The notes under the pieces are model-generated. The model had not been told where the DNA came from, made no database searches, and was given only the letters and a program-made list of their open reading frames with translations. The translations under genes and the position numbers were made by a program. A stretch of DNA of 50,824 bases, taken from assembly GCA_035637315.1 (NCBI GenBank), contig DASPXK010000294.1:1-50824 (forward strand), in the 5' to 3' direction. Source of the DNA: Chloroflexota bacterium (GTDB taxonomy: Bacteria; Chloroflexota; UBA6077; JACCZL01). The number at the start of each line of letters is the position of its first letter. The stretch's first letter is position 1. Shown piece after piece: positions 8,626 to 18,806 of the stretch.

Positions 8626-9687
8626 GACCGTTCCCGGTGCGGGCTCAGCCGCCGCGCGCGCGAATTCCACGGCGTCCGTCACCTCGGCCGCGGCGCGAGC
8701 TTGTAGCTCGGATTCGCCGGCTTCGTCCAGGAGCCCTTGAGTGCGCAGGTAGCCGGCCAGTCGCGGCAGCGGGTCGCGGGCCCGTTCGGCGGCTAGCTCC
8801 TCCGCGGGCCTCGAGTCCGCCACCTGGTTCGTGTGCTGGCCCAGGCGAGCTACACGCGCCTCGACGAGAGTTGGACCCTGGCCGCGCCGGGCTCGCTCGA
8901 GAGCTGCGCAAGTGGCCGCGTACACCGCCAGGGCGTCGGCCCCGTCAACCGCCTCAGCCGGTATGCCGTAGCCCGATGCTCGCGCGGCAACGCTCGGGAC
9001 GGGCGACTGTGATCGGAACGGGACAGTGATCGCGAGGCCGTTGTTCTCGCAAAAGACGACGACCGGCAGCTTGTGGATCGCGGCGTAGCTCACACCCTCG
9101 TGAAAGTCGCCCTTGCTGACGGCGCCATCGCCAAAGTAGACGATCGTGACGTCGTCCTCACCCCGCAATTTGCTCGCGAGGGCCACGCCAACGGCGTGCG
9201 GGATCTGCGTCGCGACAGAGCCCGAGATGGTCATCAACGCCAGCGCTCGCTTCGCCCAGTGGCCAGGCAGATTCCGGCCCCCCGACGACGGACTGTCGGC
9301 CCGCCTGAAGTGATCCAGCATCAACTCACGGGCCGTCATCCCGCGAGCGTAGGCCGCAGCGAGGCTCCGATAGAACAGAAATACTTTGTCGCGCGGACGC
9401 AGCGCCCAGATGCTGGCCGCCTGGGCCGCCTCATGCCCGTCGCTCGGGATCGCCACGTCAAAAGCGCCTTGCGTCGCGAGCCCCAAACATTGCTTGCTGA
9501 GCAGGCGCGAGACGAGCATCGCGTAGTACAGGTCAGTGGCGGACCGATCGGACAATCCAAGCTGCCGATGCGGGGCCGATGATGGCCTCTGCGCGACGCG
9601 GCTGGCGGCAGGGGCGGAGGTCGAGCTGGTCTGAATCGTGCGGAGGTCTGGTCCTTCAACTGGCGGCCGCTCGATCAAGCTTTTCAT
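8599..9687 (-). CDS. TPP-dependent 2-oxoacid dehydrogenase E1 component, alpha subunit (PDH/BCKDH/acetoin type)
   Basis: Motifs GHEAAQ, GSVATQIPHAVGVA, the TPP-binding YFGDGAVSKGDFHEG, and VVVFCENNGLAITVP. Start set at ATG 9685-9687, which has a GGAG 5 nt upstream. The track ORF extends to a GTG at 9714. Confidence 0.8.
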   Translation of the reverse strand: MKSLIERPPVEGPDLRTIQTSSTSAPAASRVAQRPSSAPHRQLGLSDRSATDLYYAMLVSRLLSKQCLGLATQGAFDVAIPSDGHEAAQAASIWALRPRDKVFLFYRSLAAAYARGMTARELMLDHFRRADSPSSGGRNLPGHWAKRALALMTISGSVATQIPHAVGVALASKLRGEDDVTIVYFGDGAVSKGDFHEGVSYAAIHKLPVVVFCENNGLAITVPFRSQSPVPSVAARASGYGIPAEAVDGADALAVYAATCAALERARRGQGPTLVEARVARLGQHTNQVADSRPAEELAAERARDPLPRLAGYLRTQGLLDEAGESELQARAAAEVTDAVEFARAAAEPAPGTVLTEVVSNQ

Positions 9688-9767
9688 CGGCTCTCCATCC
9701 CAAAACGGAGACACTGCAGGCCCGATGCCAAGCGTAAGAGATTGGCATCAGGCATGGCATATTTGGC

Positions 9768-9785
9768 AATTCTAAAGTTAGAATT
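9768..9785. promoter_or_regulatory. AT-rich palindrome AATTCTAA-AG-TTAGAATT in the divergent E1-alpha/Lrp intergenic region; candidate Lrp/AsnC operator
   Basis: Read directly: 8+2+8 perfect inverted repeat in the only AT-rich patch of the 99-bp divergent promoter region. A second inverted repeat, TGCCAA-N10-TTGGCA, lies at 9726-9747. Confidence 0.4.
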
Positions 9786-9813
9786 CCGAGATTCGTCGGA
9801 AGAGTAGGCGGCG

Positions 9814-10362
9814 ATGGTGAAAGATCTTCGCCAACTAGCGCCCGTCCGACCGCGCGCGCCGAAGGGTCGTCGGCCGTATGAGCCGGACCCGCTGGATCAA
9901 CGTATTCTGGCCATGCTTCGCGACGATGGTCGGGCCCCGCTGGCCGCCATCGCGCGGGCCCTGCACTTGAGCCATCCAGCGGTCCATGAACGGCTCCAAC
10001 GCCTGACCAAGGCGGGCTACATTCTGGGCTACCACGCCGACCTCGATTACGCGAAGCTGGGCCTGGGCTTGACGGCTTACGTCGGCGTGCAGATCCAACA
10101 GGCTGAGGCGACACGCTCTCGGATGGCCGAGGCCTTACGCCAGATGCCGGAGGTTGAGACGATGGCCTGGCTGACCGGCGACTTCGACGTCTTACTACGG
10201 GTCCACACGAGGGACCCGGCCCACCTCCAGGACGTCATCTTCCGCATCATCAATGCGGGCGATGGCCGCGTGCGAAGTCGGACGATGGTCGTAATGTCAG
10301 TCCCGTTCAGAAAGCCAGGCCCAGCCTTCGAGGCCATCCCGGACGCAGGCCCAACGGCCTGA
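9814..10362 (+). CDS. Lrp/AsnC-family transcriptional regulator
   Basis: 182 aa. HTH segment LDQRILAMLRDDGRAPLAAIARALHLSHPAVHERLQRLTKAGYI, followed by an RAM/ACT-like domain (AYVGVQI...DFDVLLRV). Confidence 0.85.
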   Translation: MVKDLRQLAPVRPRAPKGRRPYEPDPLDQRILAMLRDDGRAPLAAIARALHLSHPAVHERLQRLTKAGYILGYHADLDYAKLGLGLTAYVGVQIQQAEATRSRMAEALRQMPEVETMAWLTGDFDVLLRVHTRDPAHLQDVIFRIINAGDGRVRSRTMVVMSVPFRKPGPAFEAIPDAGPTA

Positions 10363-10399
10363 TTCGAACGCCCGCGGTTCCAGCCGCAAGGAGCTCAAC

Positions 10400-11194
10400 A
10401 TGGGAATGGTGGACACGCATTGTCACGCTTCGCCCGTCTGGTACGAGCCGGTCGAGAGCTTGCTTCACCAGATGGACCGCAATGATGTCGAGCGGGCCGT
10501 CCTGATCCAGATCAGAGGCCAGACCAACAATCGGTACCAATTCGAGTGCGTCGAGCGTTACCCTGACCGCTTGGTCTCGGTGGTCGTCGTGGGTTCGGAC
10601 GGGCCAGATGCGCCCCGGGAATTGGAACGGCTGGCCGAGCGAGGCGCGCGCGGAGTTCGCCTCTGGGCCGACACGCGCTCGCCGGGCGACGATTCGCTCG
10701 CCATCTGGAGAAAGGCGGCCGAGCTGGGCCTGCCGGTCAGCTGTGGGGGCACGAGTCGAGAATTCGCCTCAACCGAGTTCGCGGAGCTGGTCGAGGCGCT
10801 CCCAAACCTGACGCTGATCGTGGAGCATCTAGGCTCGGTCGGCACACCCGATGGTGAGGTGGCGCCGTACGAAGTCCGTCAGAGAGTGTTCTCGCTGGCT
10901 CGTTATCCGAACGTTTTCATCAAGGTCCACGGTCTGGGCGAGTTCGCCAAGCGGGCGATGCCCGTCACGGAGCCTTTTCCGTTTGAGACGCCGATACCGC
11001 CGCTACTCGAGCTGGCGTACGAAGCGTTTGGACCGAAGCGGATGATGTGGGGCAGCGACTACCCACCTGTCAGCCGGCGTGAGGGCTATCGAAACGCGCT
11101 GCGCTTGACCATGGATCAGCTCGCCACAAAGAGCCAGGCCGACCGCGATCTGATCTTCGGCGGCGTCGCCTCCGCGGTCTTTCGGTTGCCTTAG
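10400..11194 (+). CDS. Amidohydrolase-2 family metal-dependent hydrolase (TIM-barrel; lactonase/decarboxylase-like)
   Basis: 264 aa. N-terminal VDTHCH metal motif and C-terminal MWGSDYPP motif. AAGGAG lies 6 nt upstream of the ATG. Confidence 0.75.
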   Translation: MGMVDTHCHASPVWYEPVESLLHQMDRNDVERAVLIQIRGQTNNRYQFECVERYPDRLVSVVVVGSDGPDAPRELERLAERGARGVRLWADTRSPGDDSLAIWRKAAELGLPVSCGGTSREFASTEFAELVEALPNLTLIVEHLGSVGTPDGEVAPYEVRQRVFSLARYPNVFIKVHGLGEFAKRAMPVTEPFPFETPIPPLLELAYEAFGPKRMMWGSDYPPVSRREGYRNALRLTMDQLATKSQADRDLIFGGVASAVFRLP

Positions 11195-11236
11195 CGAGAG
11201 CCGGGCGCGGCAGTCGCAACGTGTGAGAGGGAGTGG

Positions 11237-11716
11237 ATGATGGACGACGCTCAACTGGTCCAGCGGTGCATCGAGCTGGCGCGAGCAGCGGCGCAGCGCG
11301 GAAACGCGCCGTTCGGGTCTCTGATCGTCCGGGAGGGCAGGGTGGTGGCCGAGGGTGAGAACAGCGTCAACACGGACCTCGACCCGACCGCTCACGCTGA
11401 GGTCGTTGCCATCCGCAACGCATGTCGAGCCATCGGGCGCCTGGACCTGTCGGGCTGTTCTTTGTACACCAGCTGTGAGCCCTGCTGGATCTGCTCGACT
11501 GCGATCCGCGAGACACACATCTCGCGGGTGGTCTTCGCCGCGCCAGGCCCGACGATTGGTGGCTATTCGTCCCCTCACCCGATCCTGCGCGAGGAGGGGA
11601 TCGCGCGCTTCGGCCCGCCGCCAGTCGTGGTTGCCGGGGTGCTCGCCGATCGCTCGGAGGCATTGTTCGCAGAGGTCGGCTGGCCACGGACCAGTGCCGG
11701 GCTCCCGGCTGATTGA
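11237..11716 (+). CDS. CMP/dCMP-type zinc deaminase (guanine deaminase/TadA-like nucleoside deaminase)
   Basis: 159 aa. HAEVVAIR and SCEPCWICSTAI (H-A-E ... P-C-x-x-C zinc signature). Confidence 0.8.
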   Translation: MMDDAQLVQRCIELARAAAQRGNAPFGSLIVREGRVVAEGENSVNTDLDPTAHAEVVAIRNACRAIGRLDLSGCSLYTSCEPCWICSTAIRETHISRVVFAAPGPTIGGYSSPHPILREEGIARFGPPPVVVAGVLADRSEALFAEVGWPRTSAGLPAD

Positions 11717-11721
11717 AGCCG

Positions 11722-13257
11722 TTAACTTCCCGCGAGAGCGCGGAGCGGGATGGCGACCCAGTCCGGGCGGTTGTCCAGCTCGTACTCAAGCTCGTAGACC
11801 GCCTTCTCCAGCTCGAGGGCGGCCAGCACGCTTCGGACCCCAGCGCGCGAGCGCGGCAGGAAGGTCGCGCCGGCCGACCGGGCCTTCCCAAGATAGGCGT
11901 CGAGGAAGGCGCGGCGGGCCCGGCGCTCCCATGTGCGCAGGCGCGAACCGAAAGCAGCCCGCGGCGAGGAACCAGTAGAGAGTGGCCGTTCTCGGGCCGC
12001 GACGGCGGCCGCGTAGCTAAGGGAGCGCAGCATTCCCGCCACATCCTTGAGCGGTGTGTGGCGGGCGCGCCGCTCGGCGATCGGGCGGAGCGGCTCGCCC
12101 TCAAAGTCGATGACGACCCAGCTGTCGGCCGTCTTGAGGACCTGGCCAAGGTGATAGTCGCCGTGGTGGCGGGTTTTAGTCAATGTTCCGTCCGCCAGCC
12201 ACATCAGCCCGTCGACCGTGTCCCGCAAGTGCGGCAAGGTCGGGATCATGTCCAGGCCGCGCATCGCTTCGGGATGCGCGGCGAAATGCTGGTCGAGTCG
12301 GATGAACATTCGCTTCACGCGGCCCGCTATGGCGCGCTCCCATTCCAAAACGTCCTCTCGCGTGATCGGCGTCGGCGCGAAATCCGCCACGTGCGGTGCC
12401 GAGGCGAACGCGAGGTGAAGGTCTGCCGTGACATGTCCTAGATCCGTGGTGCTGGCCAGATAGCCGCTAGCCAGCCCGGCGGTCGCTTCCTCTCCAGACG
12501 ACAAGCGCTCCAACTCGCGCAGCGTATGGCTCCATCCGTCGCCTTCATTGGCGACGAAGTCCTGGAGCACGCCGAGCGCGAGGCGGCCGCCATCCGGAGC
12601 TCGGTACTCGATGACGCCGGCGAGCTCGGGGACGTGCGCGAAGTCGGTGTGGTTAGTAAGAAACGCCAGCACCTCGAGCTCGGGATTCGGCCCCTCCTGC
12701 AGCCGCCGAAACGCTTTGAGGATGAACTTCTGATCGAAGAACACCGAGGAGTTACTCTGCTCGGCGGTCGAGAATCGAACGCTCACAGACCGGTGGTGGG
12801 CGGCGAATCCCGCCAGTCGAGAGCGCGGACGGAAGAGGATTTGGCCGCCCAGCTCGGTCGTCAGCTCAGGGCCGCGAGCGAGCGTCGCCAGCATGGAGCG
12901 GCAGAAGCCAGGATCGGTCAACGCGTCGACGACGACCGACTCGCCGGTCCGGGCGATGGCGGCGCCGCCAGCTGCCCGGTCGCCCGCGGCCGCCAGCAGC
13001 GGGACGAAGTACCGTTCGTGATCGCCGTCGACATAGACGACGTCGATCATCGCCAGCAGCGCAGCCTCGACGTCGTCGAGACTCGCGTGGTCGGCGATGG
13101 CGGTCGATGCGATCGGGCGGCCCTTCCCGCCGAACCAGCGCTGTCCGGCCAGGAAATCGGGCAGGCTGGCGCAGACCCGGGGCAGCTCGTCAAGGAGCGT
13201 TCCGGTCGCCGTCACGATGCTGCTCCGCGCGACCTCCAAGGGCGAGTGAGGATACAA
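11722..13257 (-). CDS. mak: Maltokinase (maltose 1-phosphate forming; Pep2/Mak)
   Basis: 511 aa. Aminoglycoside-phosphotransferase-like core HGDYHLGQVL...VIDFEGEP. Immediately downstream of treS on the same strand, the canonical TreS-Mak arrangement. Confidence 0.8.
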   Translation of the reverse strand: MYPHSPLEVARSSIVTATGTLLDELPRVCASLPDFLAGQRWFGGKGRPIASTAIADHASLDDVEAALLAMIDVVYVDGDHERYFVPLLAAAGDRAAGGAAIARTGESVVVDALTDPGFCRSMLATLARGPELTTELGGQILFRPRSRLAGFAAHHRSVSVRFSTAEQSNSSVFFDQKFILKAFRRLQEGPNPELEVLAFLTNHTDFAHVPELAGVIEYRAPDGGRLALGVLQDFVANEGDGWSHTLRELERLSSGEEATAGLASGYLASTTDLGHVTADLHLAFASAPHVADFAPTPITREDVLEWERAIAGRVKRMFIRLDQHFAAHPEAMRGLDMIPTLPHLRDTVDGLMWLADGTLTKTRHHGDYHLGQVLKTADSWVVIDFEGEPLRPIAERRARHTPLKDVAGMLRSLSYAAAVAARERPLSTGSSPRAAFGSRLRTWERRARRAFLDAYLGKARSAGATFLPRSRAGVRSVLAALELEKAVYELEYELDNRPDWVAIPLRALAGS

Positions 13258-13275
13258 GAAGGCCTGGGAGAAGGC

Positions 13276-14955
<1,680 letters not shown>

Positions 14956-15014
14956 TATTTCGTCACCGCTGGAGCACCACTTGCTGCGCCACGCTGGTCA
15001 GGGCATGCCCCGCC

Positions 15015-17054
15015 CTACGGTGCCGGGTTCACCCGAAGGATGTGGGCCGGCCAGACCTGGGGGTCCAGGCGGACCCAGTTGTGGCGGCCGCGCCAGGAGT
15101 AACGGGCACCGCTCAGCAAATCGTGGACCTCGTACGGCTCGTCGTCGGCGATGCCCAACTCAGCGGCCGGCAGGTGGACCCACGAGTCGTGTGGCCCGAA
15201 CGGGTCCAGGTTGAGCGCCACCAAGATGACGTTGTCCAGGTCTGGCGTGGCTTTGCCGTAAAAGAGAATGTGTGGATCGTCGGAGTCGTAGAAGCGCAGA
15301 TTCGTGTACAGCTGGAGGGCAGGGTTCTCGCGGCGGATGCGGTTGACCGTCGCCACGATGTCGACGATGTTGCCCGCGCGGTCCCAGTCCCAGACCTTGT
15401 GCTGGTACATCTCCGAGTCGGCATAGACCTCGGTACCTGGCCGAGCCCGCGCCTCGCACAGCTCGAAGCCGTTGTAGATGCCGTAGACCGACGAGCAGGT
15501 CGCCGCCAGGATCAGCCGCATGATGAAGGCCGGACGACCGCCCGTCTGAAGGACGTCGGTCAGGATGTCCGGGGTGTTGGTGAAGAGGTTGCCGCGCAGG
15601 TACTCGGCAACTGGCGGGCTGGTGATCTCGGTCAAGTACTCGGCCAGCTCGAGCTTCTCGTTTCGCCACGTAAAGTACGTGTATGACTGGGTAAACCCCA
15701 GCTTGGCCAACGCCTTCATGACCTTAGGGCGAGTGAACGCTTCGGACAGGAAGATCACGTCCGGGTGCTCGCGCTGGACCTGCCGGATCAGCCAGGCCCA
15801 GAAGTCGAACGGCTTGGTGTGAGGATTGTCGACCCGGAAGATCCGGACCCCGCGAGCCACCCAGAAGTCGATCACCCCCTTTAGCTCGCGCCACAGGCTG
15901 CGCCACTCCGGGTTGGAGAAGTTGAGCGGATAGATGTCCTCGTACTTCTTGGGCGGGTTCTCGGCGAACTTGATGCTGCCGTCCTGGCGCCGGTAGAACC
16001 AGTGCGGGTGCTCCCTGACCCACGGGTGGTCCGGGGAGACCTGGAGCGCGAAGTCCAGCGCTAGCTCCAAGCCATGGGCGCGGACGGCCTGCTGGAAGTG
16101 GTCGAAATGTTCGAGCGTTCCCAGGCTCGGCTCGACTGCCGTGTGGCCACCGGCTCGGCTGCCGATGGCGTACGGGCTGCCGGGGTCATTGGGACGGGCC
16201 GCCAGGCTGTTGTTGGGACCCTTGCGATTCGTGGCCCCGATCGGGTGAATCGGGGTGAGGTAGAGCACGTCGAAGCCCATCGCCTGGATCGCCGGAAGCC
16301 GCCTCTCGGCATCGCGGAACGTCCCGCTCCTTCCCGCCTCGGTGCCCTGCGAGCGCGGGAAGATCTCGTACCAGGCCGCGAAGCGGGCCCTCGGGCGGTC
16401 GACGATTACTTCGAGCTGCCGATCGTAACGCACGACGAGAGCCGAGTCGCGATGGCGCGAGGCCAGCTCGACCAGGGCTGGGTCCGCGGCCGCCTTGAGC
16501 GCCCCAGCCTGATCGCGGGGCCTCCGCAACACGTGAGCCGCGTCGAGCAGGGCGACTCGCTCAGCGCCGTGGGCGCGCTCGGCCGCCTCGGACAGCAGGC
16601 GGGCCCCCTCTAGCAGGTCGGCAGCCAGGTCCTGGCCGGCGGCTGCCTTCTTTTCAGTGTCGGTAACCCAGGACCGGTACATGTCCGGCATCGCTTCGAT
16701 CGTGTACAGGTAGCGACCGATCTCGTCCAGCGCGAAGGCGGCCCGCCAGCGGTCGTTGTCGACGTGGGACATCGGTGTCTCACGCCAGTCGGCGGCCGCG
16801 GGCCCACGGTACTTCAAGTGGGCCATGATCGCGTCATGGCCCTCCGTGAAGATGTCGGCCTCCACCACGAGCTGGTCACCCACGACGCGTTTGACCGGGT
16901 GGCGGCCGCCGTCTAGCTCGGGCCAGACATTCTCGATGAGGACCGTTCGGAAACCGAATGGCCCGCGCCGCACCAGCTCCTCAGCGCCAGTCGGTGCCTC
17001 GAGCCGAATGGCTCGCTTACCGTCCCTCGTGGAGGGTCGGGCTCGGATAGCCAT
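15015..17054 (-). CDS. glgE: Alpha-1,4-glucan:maltose-1-phosphate maltosyltransferase
   Basis: 679 aa. N-terminal IENVWPELDGGRHPVKRVVGD signature. GH13 core YLTPIHPIG, GVRIFRVDNPHTKP, FLSEAFTRP. Confidence 0.9.
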   Translation of the reverse strand: MAIRARPSTRDGKRAIRLEAPTGAEELVRRGPFGFRTVLIENVWPELDGGRHPVKRVVGDQLVVEADIFTEGHDAIMAHLKYRGPAAADWRETPMSHVDNDRWRAAFALDEIGRYLYTIEAMPDMYRSWVTDTEKKAAAGQDLAADLLEGARLLSEAAERAHGAERVALLDAAHVLRRPRDQAGALKAAADPALVELASRHRDSALVVRYDRQLEVIVDRPRARFAAWYEIFPRSQGTEAGRSGTFRDAERRLPAIQAMGFDVLYLTPIHPIGATNRKGPNNSLAARPNDPGSPYAIGSRAGGHTAVEPSLGTLEHFDHFQQAVRAHGLELALDFALQVSPDHPWVREHPHWFYRRQDGSIKFAENPPKKYEDIYPLNFSNPEWRSLWRELKGVIDFWVARGVRIFRVDNPHTKPFDFWAWLIRQVQREHPDVIFLSEAFTRPKVMKALAKLGFTQSYTYFTWRNEKLELAEYLTEITSPPVAEYLRGNLFTNTPDILTDVLQTGGRPAFIMRLILAATCSSVYGIYNGFELCEARARPGTEVYADSEMYQHKVWDWDRAGNIVDIVATVNRIRRENPALQLYTNLRFYDSDDPHILFYGKATPDLDNVILVALNLDPFGPHDSWVHLPAAELGIADDEPYEVHDLLSGARYSWRGRHNWVRLDPQVWPAHILRVNPAP

Positions 17055-17063
17055 ATGAATAGG

Positions 17064-18533
17064 TTACACCGCTAGGGGCAGATCTTCACTCCGGACTTCC
17101 CCCAGCGGACCGGGGCCCATCTGGTAAAGGCTGGGCACACGGGCCGCCACCTCGTGGAGGAGGTCAAACCCGGTGCGTCCTGTTCGCCAGCTCGTGGCCT
17201 TTCGCAAGGCGCTCGCATAATCGCTAATCAGGTCCACCCGATGGAGGAGCTCAGCTTGCCGCAGAGCCCATAGGCCATTGGCGATCGCGTAGCGCGGCTC
17301 GATGCGGTCGAGGTCATCGAAGAACCAGGCGCAGCTGGCAAACATCAGATGACGGTGGTGCTGCGACTGGAGGAGCGCGAACACCTGGCGACGGCCGACG
17401 TCAGCTCGGAGAGTGTGACGCTCCCAGAATCGGTCGCCCGCCTCGACGCCAAGTAGCACCCTAATGTACTCCTCCTCGGCGACCCAGGGATCGCGCAGCC
17501 ACGCTGCGCTCGTCGCTTCGTACAACGCGTCGAGTCTGGCCGCCAGATCGACCAACGCCTGCCGAAGATGGGATTTCCATGTCCCGTCGCCCTCGCAGCA
17601 CGCGCAGTCCCCGCTCCAGCGGTCGACGCCGTGATGGCAGCTCCAGGATGTCCGGCCTGACAACGTTACCTCTCGTCGCGGCGGGTTGGCATCCAGGTAG
17701 CGGCCGAGGCCGGTAATCTGGAAACCCTGATCGGGCGCACTGACCGTGAGAAGCTGCGAAAGGAACTTGTCGCGGTTTGGCTGGTGATGTCCGTACAGCT
17801 CGCCGTCCGAGGCGACCAGGATGAGCTGCGACTCCCCGCTGGCCTCCTTGTCCGGCTGCAAGTAGCCGGGCAGGGCGTGGTGACCGAAGGTGTCGGCGTC
17901 CGTTGTCGCCCGGTAATCAAAGGACACTTTGCCGGACAGCTCGGCGTGGAAGAAGAAGGCGACGATCCGCCGACCGTCGGCCAGGCGGACCCAATGCGGC
18001 TCGGAGGCATCGACCGCCTCGATCGCCTGCCAGGGCGCCAGCACGGTGAAGCGTACGCCGTAATCCGCCAGAACTCCAAGCGTAGCCTCGTCGGCGGCCG
18101 TTTCCGCCAGCCACATGCCCTCCGCCTGGCGGCCGAAGCGGTGGGCGAAGTCGGCCAACCCCCAGACGACCTGGATGCGTTTCTCGCGGTCCGTCGCAAG
18201 CGGCATGATGGCATGCCCGTACACCTGCGCCAGGCCGTTGCCGTGGCCATCTCGACGGTGCGCCGCGCGCTCGTCGGCGATGATGGTCTGATACGTATCA
18301 GGATCCCAGCGCTCGAGCCAGGAGGCGAGAGTTGGGCCCAGGTCGAAGCTCATCCGCCCGAAATTGCCCAGCTTCGCATTGGGCCGGTAGCAGTCGGCCG
18401 CGATCTTCTCGTTGAAGTCGTGGGACGGCTCGGCACCGGGCTCACGCGGCACCGAGCCCGTGAAGGGATCCTCGCGCGGCGGCTGATAGAAGTGGCCGTG
18501 CACGCATAGAAAGCTGTGACCGTCGATGGTCAT
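17064..18533 (-). CDS. GH57-family glycoside hydrolase with DUF3536-like C-terminal domain
   Basis: FLCVHGHFYQPPREDPF N-terminal GH57 signature. Start set at ATG 18531-18533 (GAGGTG about 6 nt upstream); the track ORF begins 3 codons earlier at a GTG. Confidence 0.75.
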   Translation of the reverse strand: MTIDGHSFLCVHGHFYQPPREDPFTGSVPREPGAEPSHDFNEKIAADCYRPNAKLGNFGRMSFDLGPTLASWLERWDPDTYQTIIADERAAHRRDGHGNGLAQVYGHAIMPLATDREKRIQVVWGLADFAHRFGRQAEGMWLAETAADEATLGVLADYGVRFTVLAPWQAIEAVDASEPHWVRLADGRRIVAFFFHAELSGKVSFDYRATTDADTFGHHALPGYLQPDKEASGESQLILVASDGELYGHHQPNRDKFLSQLLTVSAPDQGFQITGLGRYLDANPPRREVTLSGRTSWSCHHGVDRWSGDCACCEGDGTWKSHLRQALVDLAARLDALYEATSAAWLRDPWVAEEEYIRVLLGVEAGDRFWERHTLRADVGRRQVFALLQSQHHRHLMFASCAWFFDDLDRIEPRYAIANGLWALRQAELLHRVDLISDYASALRKATSWRTGRTGFDLLHEVAARVPSLYQMGPGPLGEVRSEDLPLAV

Positions 18534-18806
18534 CCGTTGCACCTCGCGTCGTCGAAAGATGCTTAGCAGGATTCGGGCCGGAGCGGCCTGACGTTATGAC
18601 CTCATCTATTAGTCTTAACGCCCGGCCACCACCAAAGGGTCCAACTACAGATGCGAGCCCTTTGCCCGCCCTTAATTATCGCTTTTGGGAGCCCCGGGAG
18701 CATAGGGTAGCAGGAAAGGCGCGAAAATGAAATAGGCGCTCGCGCGCGTGTCGCGGCTGTGAGTCCACTGAAGTCAGGTCTCCGGCGATCCTGTCAAGGC
18801 GCGATC

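Noticed and set aside
10355-10385. GATTCGAAC / GGTTCCAGCC strings reminiscent of a tRNA T-arm
   Set aside because: No acceptor stem, D-arm or anticodon arm can be built around it. It is simply the Lrp-amidohydrolase spacer.
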